Numbered from the stretch's first letter, positions 39,201 through 48,621 are shown. The stretch: DNA of 64,000 nucleotides from an uncultured virus (IMG/VR IMGVR_UViG_3300046513_000171) (IMGVR_UViG_3300046513_000171), one strand, 5' to 3'. Notes: generated by a model not told the origin, from the letters alone. Made by a program: numbers and translations.

Positions 39201-39580
39201 CCGTCGAGCTTCACAAACACGCTGCCCAACCGCTTGAAGAACTTGACGATCGCCGCTTCCATCAGGTTGTACTGTTCCAGCGCTTCGGGCGGCTTCTCCT
39301 TCTTCGACTTGTCCTTGTAGCCGGGGAAGATGTTGCGGCGCAGCTGCGAGCCGTTCAGGCCTTCGAGCACGAAGATGATGTCGATCGGGGTTGCCTCGTG
39401 ATCGCGCAACGTTGCTGCCACGCTGTTCAGGAAATTCTCCATCCCGTACTGCCAGCCATTGATCCAGTGTTCCTTCTCGTTGAACACGGTCGGGAAGCCG
39501 AACTCTTTGTCTTTGTTTGCGAACAGGCAGCGTTTTGCAACGCTGCTCACGTCGTAGATAATCCGGGTGCGGTTACGCAT
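36215..39580 (-). CDS. polA: Family A DNA polymerase with 5'-3' and 3'-5' exonuclease domains
   Basis: Start MRNRTRIIYD; FEN motifs YK, EADD, DGDM, GDKSD..PG..G.G; ExoI DLET; motifs A DFKAQELR, B RKKAKTTNF…YG, C HDE. Confidence 0.93.
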   Translation of the reverse strand: MRNRTRIIYDVSSVAKRCLFANKDKEFGFPTVFNEKEHWINGWQYGMENFLNSVAATLRDHEATPIDIIFVLEGLNGSQLRRNIFPGYKDKSKKEKPPEALEQYNLMEAAIVKFFKRLGSVFVKLDGREADDVFAYLIKNLTGPRVGVADDGDMLILADLPDVQIRYQSKVINPEENPLGPWPLELNRLYKALVGDKSDTLPGAHGFGEAKFIDLYCAAELDGMKQIEEVIEKADWKSLEEDAATPTPAGKALRLTLEHKDVVRRCYQCVQFFDAEIGTPGKDLQWDVGMVLEKPEGEPKDERFDHWYQDRTLVTSGNFAQLMASGLWAQIRKSPYVTLDLETATPPESDEWLAQVNDPDYVEDLESDDDDEDVDEQEQTAKKRAGGVDVLASKIVSMGVTLGENTEKTLYLTVNHKTDKNISMHNLYQFLARCIREDVEIRFPVHNSAFELVVFFMNLIEWTDSDEAFDHGFMPRIDDTFFMASYVDENVSLGLKQQAKMVLDYDQVSYEEVTQGRKMDQLTPREAFDYGTDDTIVTAALRNYYEIVMQLERTFDLYREVEIDASYLSAAGFITGVNFSREEMRKQERADDKVYDAAWAQLRQYLIEKKWDGVELPAVTLEPASMKVMYQIVTGTDLECKARTPAKITAVMRQNDDAGTLADLYDDAIKKADGDMSHVEKYVRRFYKGEPELNSDSPKQMGRLLYEVMQLPVRARNKPTKKQKAEMGRSAVGSPKTDALAIASAKFYDSETHPEQVAMLDAIHNMRAVGTRRKMFYRPYRALPHWTDGRVHGADGQCRTVTRRFAPSKPNKAQWPKGDKGDFRACIKPHHHDAAIVALDFKAQELRVIADTSGDEAMTSCFVGDNLRDMHHLTGVSIAQKKVDKEMTYEIFAAALEDENHPLHKVLKATRKKAKTTNFASEYGAQAPKMAATLMVPEEEAQSYLDAKHGTFWRAEEWKKEEVIPKAKRLGYSLTRLGGRRHLARAFASSEWWERSKAERQAVNFEIQGSCAEMTKLAMGRIWRSGLIVRYDATFIGVVHDELVFSCAREDIVAFTKELHALMTVRYADMTIPIESSIGIGHDFMNLIEIGEVPSDAKIQGAIDRLWPQHAANDIEVKHAA

Positions 39581-40196
39581 GTTCTTTCTCCGTGATGCGG
39601 ACCAGCGACGCGAGCAGCAGGCCCACGTGAATCGCCAGCGTGTCGATGCTGCCTTCATTGCGCAGCACGAGGTCGCCCGGCTTCTGGACGACGCCGCGGG
39701 TGCTGCGATGGTTGCCGCCGTCGCCAGTTGCACGCCCACGCAGCGGTCCCTGCATATGCACGATGAAGCTGTTGGGCAGCGAGCGAATCCAATCCGACTC
39801 GACCGTGCCAATCGGGTCGGTCAGGTCCGTGATGACGATCACCGGTTCGCGCGCAATGTCGCTGCCGTCGTCATGCAGGTAGTCGTACGTGGACTTGGCC
39901 GTGCGCACCCAAAAATCGGCGCCGTAGGCGGTCTGGTAGATGTCAGCCGTCTGCTGGTACATCTGGCGCGGCGTGATGCCCCACGTGGGGTGTACGGTGC
40001 TTTTGGCTGCGTCTTCGAGCCAGTCGTCCGTCAGACCGAACGCGGACTGCGCAGCCTTCTTCACCGGGTCTGCGAACGCCAGACGGTACGGCGGGAGGGT
40101 GTTCTTCGTGGCCGCCTGCTGGATCAGCTTGCAGACGGTGTCTTTACCGATGCCGTGGGGGCCCGTCAGGGCGATGGTCATTGAGGGCAGGTACAT
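39573..40196 (-). CDS. Deoxynucleoside monophosphate kinase
   Basis: GPHGIGKDT P-loop, AFADPVK, TPRQ..Q and D.WV motifs. Confidence 0.8.
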   Translation of the reverse strand: MYLPSMTIALTGPHGIGKDTVCKLIQQAATKNTLPPYRLAFADPVKKAAQSAFGLTDDWLEDAAKSTVHPTWGITPRQMYQQTADIYQTAYGADFWVRTAKSTYDYLHDDGSDIAREPVIVITDLTDPIGTVESDWIRSLPNSFIVHMQGPLRGRATGDGGNHRSTRGVVQKPGDLVLRNEGSIDTLAIHVGLLLASLVRITEKEHA

Positions 40197-40205
40197 GTCG
40201 GTCTC

Positions 40206-40907
40206 CTACAGTTCGCGCAGCGCGCGCTTGAGTTCCCAGCTTGCCGACTCGCAGTCGGTCAGCAGCCAGTTCACATACGTCTCGGGCAGGTTTTCGAGGC
40301 GCTGCCCCTTGTACTGGCCGAAGCTGATGTTCGTGAGACGCTCACACATCACGTCGACGAGCAGATCCCAGCTGGTGCCGAAGCTGAGGATGAAGTTCAC
40401 GAGCACGTACAGCCGCTCGCAGTCGCCCATCGCGCTGTGCGCGTTCTTCATTACGGGCAGCTCCAGGCCGTGCGTCTCCTGCAGCGTGCGCACCAGGGCG
40501 TCCAGCTTGTAGCTGGGCATGTCCTTGATGAAGCGCTTTGCAGCACGCAGCGTGCATCCGACGTCCGCGCCTTTGGGCACGTAGTAGTCGATGTACTTCA
40601 TGTCGAAGCTGGGAAAGCTGTGGCCGAGGATGTAGAACTTCTCGGTGGGCAACACGCCGAACGCGTGCGGCAGGACTTCGCTGATCGTCGGCGCGCGCTT
40701 GACCTGGTGATCAAGCAGTCCGTGAACGGCTGCAGCGTGCGGGGAGATCGGGCGCAGCGGGTTGACGAGGGTCTCGAAGCGGCGCACGGGTTCGAGCTGT
40801 GCGTACGTCTCGTTCTGCCACAGCCGGCATTCGATGAACGCAAGCTCGCAGACCTTGTCGTCGCGCGACATGCCCGTAGCTTCCGTATCCATCAGGAAGA
40901 TTTTCAT
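40206..40907 (-). CDS. DEDDh 3'-5' exonuclease (exonuclease X-like)
   Basis: DTEATG, H…FD, HSAMGD; C-terminal FGQYKG…LP..Y..WLL. Confidence 0.85.
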   Translation of the reverse strand: MKIFLMDTEATGMSRDDKVCELAFIECRLWQNETYAQLEPVRRFETLVNPLRPISPHAAAVHGLLDHQVKRAPTISEVLPHAFGVLPTEKFYILGHSFPSFDMKYIDYYVPKGADVGCTLRAAKRFIKDMPSYKLDALVRTLQETHGLELPVMKNAHSAMGDCERLYVLVNFILSFGTSWDLLVDVMCERLTNISFGQYKGQRLENLPETYVNWLLTDCESASWELKRALREL

Positions 40908-40923
40908 GTGGGTGGGTTCCATG

Positions 40924-40949
40924 AAAAGAAGCCACCCGAGAGGGTGGCT
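40924..40949 (-). terminator. Intrinsic terminator
   Basis: Minus strand AGCCACCC-TCTC-GGGTGGCT-TCTTTT. Confidence 0.65.
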
Positions 40950-40971
40950 CCGTTGCTACGTTGCTTTCGCG

Positions 40972-41964
40972 TTACGCCAGTTCAGGCGCAGCCGTCAGAC
41001 CGTCAGACGACACGAGGTTGAAGTACGAGCGTTGCTTGCCGACCACGCGCTCCGAGGTGAAGCGAACGACCGGGTTGCCCGAGTCTTCCTTGATCTTGCC
41101 CATGCGCGCCTTCACTGCACGGTTCAGGATGTAGTTCTCGAACTTCGGCTTCGACGTCGGCGACAGCGACAGGGCGACGATCTCGTTCATGAACTTGAAG
41201 TCCTTCTTCTCCGAGTCCATCGCGATGCCGTACACCATCAGGTACTCCTTGACGGCTGCCTTCTCGAAGCCCTGATCACGCAGGAAGTCGCGATACTCCA
41301 CGCACGTCTTGCCAGCGTGCTCGTCTTCATCGTCGGCACCGCGGATCGTCTTGCCGTCTTCCGAGAACCGCACGTGCTGCTTGCTTTCCTCGCTGTCATC
41401 GCCCGTGCCGACCGTCCACGTCGAGTTGAACGAGACCACAGCCAGCTCAATGTAGTTACCCGCCTCGACGCCTTCGGACGTTGCGATCACGCCCGTGTCC
41501 AGACGCAGGCGCTGGAACGTGCTGTGGTCGATCGGGATACCGGCCTTGAAGAACGCGTCGCGCAGGTCCGCCAGCGGGTTCGGGATGTCCTTGCCGCCCG
41601 ACAGGAAGTTCGACAGCACCTTGCGCTGCGGAACGGCGACGGCCGTCGACTGCGATGCAGCCGGTGCTGCGTCCTCGGCCTTCGCTTCACCCTTCGGCGT
41701 CGCTGCCTTGGCGAGCGCGGCTGCGGCGCCCGCTTCCGCTACTTCGCTGACCTTCGTTTCCGTGACGTCGTCACGCGTGACCGTACGCACCGTTTCGGTG
41801 TGCTCAACGTCGGTGACACCACTGTTCGCGGCTGCTGCGCCAGCGCTCACCGACGCGGGGTTCTCTTCAACGGCAACATCGCCGCGATCTTCACCCGCTT
41901 CGAACGCCGGGGTAGCTGCCTTGGTAGCTGCTTGGGACTGAGCGTTTTTCTTGAGGATAGACAT
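40972..41964 (-). CDS. Hypothetical replication protein, possibly ssDNA-binding, with disordered Ala/Glu-rich N-terminus
   Basis: 330 aa, strong codon bias, has its own promoter and terminator, lies between primase and exonuclease. Confidence 0.45.
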   Translation of the reverse strand: MSILKKNAQSQAATKAATPAFEAGEDRGDVAVEENPASVSAGAAAANSGVTDVEHTETVRTVTRDDVTETKVSEVAEAGAAAALAKAATPKGEAKAEDAAPAASQSTAVAVPQRKVLSNFLSGGKDIPNPLADLRDAFFKAGIPIDHSTFQRLRLDTGVIATSEGVEAGNYIELAVVSFNSTWTVGTGDDSEESKQHVRFSEDGKTIRGADDEDEHAGKTCVEYRDFLRDQGFEKAAVKEYLMVYGIAMDSEKKDFKFMNEIVALSLSPTSKPKFENYILNRAVKARMGKIKEDSGNPVVRFTSERVVGKQRSYFNLVSSDGLTAAPELA

Positions 41965-42032
41965 GATTTAGATTCCTGAACGATTTTTAATTTAGCTATG
42001 GAAATTTGCGCACTAGGGGATGCGCAACACGA

Positions 42033-42067
42033 ACATTAGACTACGTTTTGGCATTTGTCAAATGCCA
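42033..42067 (-). promoter_or_regulatory. Sigma70-like promoter with an inverted repeat over the -35 box
   Basis: TTGACA(42061-42056)-17 bp-TAATGT(42038-42033); TGGCATTTG-T-CAAATGCCA at 42049-42067. Confidence 0.7.
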
Positions 42068-42086
42068 GATTTACTGCGACTTCAAT

Positions 42087-44975
42087 TTACTTTCCGTCCC
42101 CGATCTTGAACGTGCCGAGGTTGTACTGCGCAAGCATTTCGCCCGAGAACCGCACCACGCGCGCAGCCTGTCCATTACCGGCATTGCGCAGGAGCGGCGA
42201 GTCGGCCGGCTGCCTGTCCATCACGAGCGAGCTGACCTGCACGCCCATCATGAAAGATTCGACGTCGTTGAACTCAGGCGTCACGCTGCGTCGCGTACAC
42301 GCAACACGGTAACGCCCGAAGAACGCGTCGACATTGATATCGAGGTCCAGGGTCGGCGTGTAGGCGAACTCGACGCCGTGCCGGATGTTGTGATCCATCG
42401 ACTGGTCGTCCTGCCAGCTGATCGTCGCCATGAAGCGCAGGATGCGCACCATCGCCGGGATCGACACGAGCGCCGGGTGATTCTCGATGGTCAGCATGGC
42501 GTCCTGCAGCTCGGAAAAACGCGGCAGGAACTTCTCGTCAAAGACTGCCGCCCCGAACGCGTGGCGCAGCACCTTGCCGAGAAACTTCAGCCCGCTGAGC
42601 GCCACGCCCAGGTTGTAGACGATCCGCGAGTTGCCCGTCATCGATAGCCGCTCGGCTGCGTCCGCGTGGCTCTCGTCGATCAGCTTCTTGATCACTTCAG
42701 GCTTGCCCGACATCGCCGCCTGCAGCATCGACTTGCCGATGCTGCTGAGCACTTCAGGGTTCTGGCTGAGCGTGATGAACGCAGCCTTGGCGCGGCCTTC
42801 GCGGTTCTTCTTGCTGAACGCTGCCGCGATCGTGCGCTCCTGGATCGCAGCCTCGGCCTCGGCCGTCTCGGTCGAGAACACCATCGGCGTGGTCTTCGTC
42901 TCGAACGCGAGGTCGTGCCAGCTGCCGCCCGCGATGCCGTTGCCATTGCCGCCGCCGCGAGGCGCCTGCATGCTCGGCGTGTACATCTCGTGGATCAGCG
43001 TGCGGATCTCGCGCACCAGGTCCTGCGACATCTGCTTGGGCTTGAACTCGTCCATGAAGTACGGGATGGTCGAGCTGCTCGTGAGCATCATGCGCCGGCC
43101 ATAGCTCGTGCCCTGCGAAGCGTTGGTCGCCTTTGGTTCGGACTTCAGATAGAACATGCGCAGGCACAGCAGGATCATCGCCGTTTTGCCCGCGCCCGCT
43201 TCACCGAAGATCTGCAGCAATGGGAAATTTGTACCGTACTTGTGGTGCAGCGTTTTCAGCCAGCACGCACCAAGCCAACCCAGTACGCATCCCACCGTGG
43301 TCGGATCGTTATTCATGTGCAACAGCGCGTCGACGACTTGCAAAGCGTTCTCATGTTCAGTGAGTGCGCGCGCTTCCGCCACGTCGCTGCGAAAATTACC
43401 GACCTCGGTACCGCTCGGGCTGCGGTAGCGGTATGCGCGTGAGCTGTCCGGCGCGAAGCAGCCTTCGCTCGATGCCCACACCATCTTTTCTTCACCCGAT
43501 TCGTCGCGCACGAGGTTGAAGCCTTCCTTCATGAGCGCGAAGATCTTCGGGTTGGCGCGCGCAGCCTGCATCACTGAGGCGAACATGCCGCCCGCCTTAA
43601 ACGAATCGAGCTTGGGTGCGACGCCGCCCTGCCCGCCGATGAACTTCTTCGCAGCCTCTGCGCTGATGAACGTCGACGCGTCGAGCTGCACCTCGCCCTG
43701 CGTGATGCCAGCGCGCAGCGACTCGACCAGATAGCCGCGCGTCTTCATGTCGGCTGCATCGATCACCTCGACCGCGGTCGAATTGTCGAAGTGCCAGTTC
43801 GTCTCGCGACGCATCGAGTCTTCACCCTTGGTCGAGTACACGCCATACGAGCCGACGACGATACCGCCCATCAGGTCCGACAGGTCGCCCCTGGCCGCGC
43901 GCTCTGCCTGCTTGCCGCCCTTCGTCGGGTCGCCGCGCAGATCGTTGACGTCGGCCGTCTCGTCCATGATGGTCGTCATGGCGCTCGGCGAGTACTGATA
44001 CGCGATGTTGCCCGCAGCGTAGCGGTACATGCGCTTCAGCTCGTCACGTACTGCACGTACCGTGCCGTGTCCGTCACCGCGATAGGTCTGGATGAGGCCC
44101 GTACATGATTCGATATGCTCATCGAGTGACTTGCCCAGCGCGTTCGACAGGATGCCCAGCTGCAGCGCGATCTTGTTCAGGCCGACGTTCGGGTTGATGT
44201 TGTTGCCATCCATCAAGGCCCTGACCGAGTCGGGCCAGTCGCCGTTGAGCGCCTTCACCGCTTCAGCCGTCTCGCCCGCCTTCTTGCGGTTCTCGCTGTA
44301 GCGTTGCGCGATCTTCTTGCGAAAGTTATCGAACTTCGAGCCCAGCTGCGGCGAGTAGACGGGGTCGGCGAGCTTCGCAAACACGCGCGGCGCGCTCGTC
44401 AGTTCCGTGTACAGGTCGGGCGTCATCTCCTGCAGCTGCTGCAGCGTGATGGGTACCTTGAAGCGTCCCGCCGTCTCGCGCTCGACGTTCGGCGTGCGCC
44501 ACATGCGGCCACGCTTGGCGCTGTACACGGCCATGTCCAGATCTTCCGTGTACAGCTCGTTGGCCATCTCACGGTAGATCTGCGGCAGGTACTGGACGCC
44601 GCCCAGGATGGTCGGCTCATGCGAACAGAATGTTCGAAACGGCAGTTCGATGTGATAGCCACGACCGCCCGTTGCGTACAGTTGCACACTCAACGGATCA
44701 ACGTCGTATTCATCGTGGAGGACTGCGAGGAAGCGTTTGACTGCGTCGGCGCCGATCATCAGATCGTCGCAATCCCAGTCAGCGTAAAACGGACCCGTGT
44801 AACGGATCTTCAGTTGATCGTCCAGCGTCGCATCGTCATCGAGCAGTTCAGACAGGTCCAGCACGGTGACGTACTTCGGCTGCTTCGTATCGATGATCGT
44901 CTGACGTAAGTCAGATTTACCGGACGACCATCCGCTGGACTTGTCTAGAGTCCAGTAGAAGAACTTATCTGTCAT
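42087..44975 (-). CDS. AEP-type primase fused to a P-loop ATPase/helicase
   Basis: FYADWD (DxD), TGGRGYH, D.AVY…RMWRTPN; C-terminal GEAGAGKT and FMDE. Confidence 0.8.
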   Translation of the reverse strand: MTDKFFYWTLDKSSGWSSGKSDLRQTIIDTKQPKYVTVLDLSELLDDDATLDDQLKIRYTGPFYADWDCDDLMIGADAVKRFLAVLHDEYDVDPLSVQLYATGGRGYHIELPFRTFCSHEPTILGGVQYLPQIYREMANELYTEDLDMAVYSAKRGRMWRTPNVERETAGRFKVPITLQQLQEMTPDLYTELTSAPRVFAKLADPVYSPQLGSKFDNFRKKIAQRYSENRKKAGETAEAVKALNGDWPDSVRALMDGNNINPNVGLNKIALQLGILSNALGKSLDEHIESCTGLIQTYRGDGHGTVRAVRDELKRMYRYAAGNIAYQYSPSAMTTIMDETADVNDLRGDPTKGGKQAERAARGDLSDLMGGIVVGSYGVYSTKGEDSMRRETNWHFDNSTAVEVIDAADMKTRGYLVESLRAGITQGEVQLDASTFISAEAAKKFIGGQGGVAPKLDSFKAGGMFASVMQAARANPKIFALMKEGFNLVRDESGEEKMVWASSEGCFAPDSSRAYRYRSPSGTEVGNFRSDVAEARALTEHENALQVVDALLHMNNDPTTVGCVLGWLGACWLKTLHHKYGTNFPLLQIFGEAGAGKTAMILLCLRMFYLKSEPKATNASQGTSYGRRMMLTSSSTIPYFMDEFKPKQMSQDLVREIRTLIHEMYTPSMQAPRGGGNGNGIAGGSWHDLAFETKTTPMVFSTETAEAEAAIQERTIAAAFSKKNREGRAKAAFITLSQNPEVLSSIGKSMLQAAMSGKPEVIKKLIDESHADAAERLSMTGNSRIVYNLGVALSGLKFLGKVLRHAFGAAVFDEKFLPRFSELQDAMLTIENHPALVSIPAMVRILRFMATISWQDDQSMDHNIRHGVEFAYTPTLDLDINVDAFFGRYRVACTRRSVTPEFNDVESFMMGVQVSSLVMDRQPADSPLLRNAGNGQAARVVRFSGEMLAQYNLGTFKIGDGK

Positions 44976-45100
44976 CTTTTTAGGGCAGGGGTAGGCCGGG
45001 ACAAACCGACCGGACGCCAAGGGTGGGATTAGCGTGTCGGCCAGCGGGTGGAGACGGATTGTACTCTTGTGTGACCTGCAGAACAATTCGTTACAACTTT

Positions 45101-46513
45101 TTATGCTTGGCCTAACAACTGCGCTCTGAGGTCAGAAGTACTCGGTATAACTTGCTGGATCAAACCGTTGTTTTGCACGAGATTCCGTCTCAGCGTCACC
45201 TGAACTGTCCCTAAAGCCGTCGCCACGCGGATGTCGCAAACGAACTTCTGGCCCGGCCGTTCGATGCGTCGCACCGCCTGGAAAAAGTCCTTACTTACTG
45301 ATGGGATCTCCAGAAAGAGCGCGTGATTGCAGCAGTCCTGCAGCCCGTCCACACCCACCCCGCCCGAGAGCGGATTCATGACTGCTACTGAGCAGTCCGG
45401 ATTAAATTTAAAGCGGTCCACGTTACGGTCCTTTTGTGCTTTGCTTATATCCCCGTTCACGGCGACGGCATCGATACCCCGCTTGAGCAGGTAGTCCATG
45501 ATCGCCCTGACCGACATCTTGTAGTTCGCGAATACCAGCAGCTTCTGCCCCCGCAGTTCTGTGACAAATTCGTCCAGTAGCTGGAATCCGTACGGCACCA
45601 TCTTGTCATCCTGCGCGAAGTACGCAGCGTTCAGTACGACCTGCTGCAGCGCGACGTGCAGCTTGTTCGCGGTGGTTGCGTCGATTGCAAAGCCGCTCTC
45701 GTACACCAGCATCTGCTGGTCGACAAGCGTCCTGTACATCTTCATGTGCTGCGCTTCGAGGTCGTACACAACCGGGCTGATGTTCGCGCGCGGCATGTCC
45801 GGGTGAACTTCAGGTGTGCTGATGAACGACGCATTGAGCGCGAGGTTCCTGGCCAGCATGTCGAGCTTGCGCCACTTGACCGGGCGCTTGTACAGGTCGA
45901 ACTTCTCGACGTGAATGCTCTCGAACTGGCTGTAGCTGCGGTACACACCGGGCGACACCAGCTTGATGTACGCGTACGCATCCTTCGGTGTCGACAGCGG
46001 CGAGCCCGTCATAGGCAGCACACCGTTGCCCGCAGCCATCTGCAACACGGCGCGGAACGTGCCCGACTCGAAGTTCTTCGCGCAGGTCGCCTCGTCGTTC
46101 TTCAACATCACCCGGCGCCGGCCGAACACTTCGTACAGCCTGTCGAAGTCGTTCTTGAGCATCCCCGGCGTGGTCAGGAAGTAGTTGGTATCCGGGTCGA
46201 GCGTGATCTGGCTGCGCTGCTTCTTGTCCCCGTAGTAGACCTTGTTGGAGATGCCGCACTCGTCCAGCCACCGCTGCCACTGCTTGAGCAGGATGGGTGG
46301 ACACAGCTGGATCATCTGCGCGCCCGTCTGCTCGCGCCGGATCATTGCGTACAGCGTCGCGCCGAACGTCTTGCCCGCGCCCATGTCCCAGTACATGCCG
46401 AAGCGGTCCTCGGATTCAATCACTCCGCGGTTCACCTCGTCGCGCTGGTACGGCCAGGGCGTTTTGGGGAAGCTGATCTTCCTGCAGATCTTTTCAACGT
46501 AATCAGTACTCAT
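45101..46513 (-). CDS. SNF2-like SF2 helicase
   Basis: PYQ, DMGAGKT, DEAT, MTGSP, GGVGVDGLQ and QAVRRIERPGQ motifs. Confidence 0.85.
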   Translation of the reverse strand: MSTDYVEKICRKISFPKTPWPYQRDEVNRGVIESEDRFGMYWDMGAGKTFGATLYAMIRREQTGAQMIQLCPPILLKQWQRWLDECGISNKVYYGDKKQRSQITLDPDTNYFLTTPGMLKNDFDRLYEVFGRRRVMLKNDEATCAKNFESGTFRAVLQMAAGNGVLPMTGSPLSTPKDAYAYIKLVSPGVYRSYSQFESIHVEKFDLYKRPVKWRKLDMLARNLALNASFISTPEVHPDMPRANISPVVYDLEAQHMKMYRTLVDQQMLVYESGFAIDATTANKLHVALQQVVLNAAYFAQDDKMVPYGFQLLDEFVTELRGQKLLVFANYKMSVRAIMDYLLKRGIDAVAVNGDISKAQKDRNVDRFKFNPDCSVAVMNPLSGGVGVDGLQDCCNHALFLEIPSVSKDFFQAVRRIERPGQKFVCDIRVATALGTVQVTLRRNLVQNNGLIQQVIPSTSDLRAQLLGQA

Positions 46514-46555
46514 AATCGACTCCAGCGGGCGGCTGCCATCCAGCCGCCCTGCATC

Positions 46556-47032
46556 TTACGCTGGTTCCCTCACATGGTGAGTCACCGCCTGGGTGATCTT
46601 CACGCCCTCGCGGATTTCAGGCGACGCCAGGTGCATACCGAACGCGTTGGACCAGAAGATCGGCGCAGCGGCGAGCCCGCCGTCATTGACCATCAGCGCG
46701 TGCAGGATGATCGGCTCGTACTTCAGCGCCGCGTCGCCCAGCGTGATCATGTTGCTCTCGCCCAGCGCCTTCGACCCGTCCATCGAGACGAAGTAGCCCA
46801 GGTTCTGGAACACGCCGAGGAACAGCGGATCGAAACTCTTGCGCATGCGCATCGCGCCCTCATTGCGCAGCGCATGCGCATAGTCGAGATCCCAGTCGTG
46901 CAGCTGCGGCTCCATCACCGTGATGATGTTGAACGCAGCCTGCGACCGGCGGGCGATGCGCTGCATGGTGGAGTCGGACTGCACCCCATACATGAACGAC
47001 CGCTGGATTGGATACTTCAGATAACTCAGCAC
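46556..47032 (-). CDS. Hypothetical protein
   Basis: Probable GTG start at 47032 with AAAGGAG RBS, overlapping the upstream stop. Confidence 0.5.
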   Translation of the reverse strand: MLSYLKYPIQRSFMYGVQSDSTMQRIARRSQAAFNIITVMEPQLHDWDLDYAHALRNEGAMRMRKSFDPLFLGVFQNLGYFVSMDGSKALGESNMITLGDAALKYEPIILHALMVNDGGLAAAPIFWSNAFGMHLASPEIREGVKITQAVTHHVREPA

Positions 47033-47838
47033 CTTCTGGCTCCTTTGGGTTTGGGCACAGCTTCGAGATCCTTTTCCCATGCGAATTTCGAAAGCTGCTC
47101 GGGGACAACGACGATGCGACCACGTGGGGTGTCGCTCTCGTCTTCTACTGCTGCAAACGTGTGTGCTGCAACGACGCGCCGCTTGAGCAGCGGCGAGTCG
47201 GGGAACTTCTCCTGCATCTCCGGGCCCGTCATCAGCTCGCCCGAGGCGTGCAGCCGGCTGAACTCCTGCATCGACGAGCCGTTGGCGATCGTCATCTCGA
47301 CGTGGATGATCTCCCTCTGTTCGGTCCAGATGTTCTCGATCACGCGGTACGTGTCCATGCGCTTCCTGCGCACCGCGCCCTGGATCAGCGCGGGCGGCAG
47401 CCACTTGTCCAGCCCGCCGCGCGTGGCCTGCTGCCGGAAGACGTCGGGCGACTCCAGCGGCAGCCCGATGATCGTCACCTCAGCCGCGCGCTCGGCCACC
47501 GCACGGGCCTTCAGTGCCTCTGTCACGCGCAGGTCGGTACTCTGCTGCTGGATCGTGGCCACGAGGTTCCTGGCGACGTGGTCATGCAGTGCGTTGCCGG
47601 GCTTCGCGTGGTCGGTGATCCACCGGTCCAGATCGAGGGGCAGCAGCGCCTGCGCGTTGTTCGTGCGGTTGCCCTTCACGGGTGCAGCGCCGTAGTCGAC
47701 CAGCTTCTTCACGCTCGACGCGACGTGCAGGCCCATCATGTCGATGATGTTGCGCATGACCACGCGGCCTTCGGAGACGACCACCGGCAGCTGTCGTGCT
47801 TCCTCGTTCACCACGTACGTGAAGTGAATCGTCTCCAT
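47026..47838 (-). CDS. Hypothetical protein
   Basis: 270 aa, GGAG RBS, operon packing. Confidence 0.65.
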   Translation of the reverse strand: METIHFTYVVNEEARQLPVVVSEGRVVMRNIIDMMGLHVASSVKKLVDYGAAPVKGNRTNNAQALLPLDLDRWITDHAKPGNALHDHVARNLVATIQQQSTDLRVTEALKARAVAERAAEVTIIGLPLESPDVFRQQATRGGLDKWLPPALIQGAVRRKRMDTYRVIENIWTEQREIIHVEMTIANGSSMQEFSRLHASGELMTGPEMQEKFPDSPLLKRRVVAAHTFAAVEDESDTPRGRIVVVPEQLSKFAWEKDLEAVPKPKGARRC

Positions 47839-47841
47839 TCG

Positions 47842-48621
47842 TTACTCCGCGGGCACAGCTTCGAGTTTAGCGAGCACTGCGCTCGCCGGCACGATCAGCG
47901 CTTTCACCGGCTCGGGAATGTGCGGCACGTGTTTCGCAAGCTCGGGGAAGTCTTCGCGGAAGCGCTCGACCGTCTTCCGCTGCTCGAAGTCAGCGATCAG
48001 ATCCTTCGCGAGCACGGCGGCTTCCGTGTACATCTCCAGCAGCCTCACCTCCAGATCGACCGCCTGCAGCCACAGCGAGTCCGCGACGTGGATAGTGCTT
48101 GCGCTGTAGCTGGTATTCTCCTTGAAGACGCTTTTGGGCTGCACATACACGACGTGCTCGCCGCTCGGGCCGACGCGGGCGTATGTGTTGTAGCCGCCCG
48201 GCTTGAAAGGACTGGCGCGCTGATCCTGACCTCGCAGGAACTGGTGGCGGTTCAGCACAAACTCGCGACCCTTGACGACGCCACGATCCAGACCGTCCGT
48301 CAGCCGGAACGTGCCGTCGTCATCCTTTGACGCGCTCAGTGCCTTCGAGCACGCTGCGATGCGCGCTGACATGTCCTTGTCCGCGTCGGGGCGGTGCCAG
48401 CTGATACTCCACGCGGTCAGGCTCATACATTTCGCGAGCTTGGGCTGCTCTGCATACACCTGCTGTACTTCCGGGTCGAAGAACTTCTCGACTATCTTCA
48501 TCTCCAGCGCCTTCACTTTCTTGCGGTGCGCGGCGAGTACCTTTGTGTAGCGTTCTGCAACAACGCTCTGCACAATCTCACCTACATGCGTTATGATGCT
48601 GGTGCGTCTTTGCTGTGACAT
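47842..48621 (-). CDS. Nmad5-like (nucleotide-modification-associated) protein
   Basis: AAAGGAGG RBS; C-terminal KTVERFREDFPEL…P resembles the Nmad5 T...L...WPE motif. Confidence 0.45.
   Translation of the reverse strand: MSQQRRTSIITHVGEIVQSVVAERYTKVLAAHRKKVKALEMKIVEKFFDPEVQQVYAEQPKLAKCMSLTAWSISWHRPDADKDMSARIAACSKALSASKDDDGTFRLTDGLDRGVVKGREFVLNRHQFLRGQDQRASPFKPGGYNTYARVGPSGEHVVYVQPKSVFKENTSYSASTIHVADSLWLQAVDLEVRLLEMYTEAAVLAKDLIADFEQRKTVERFREDFPELAKHVPHIPEPVKALIVPASAVLAKLEAVPAE

Noticed and set aside
36179..39595. 1138-aa + strand ORF opposite the polymerase (and similar ones at 31953..33629 and 45656..47695)
   Set aside because: They are antisense mirrors of real genes with no recognisable domains.
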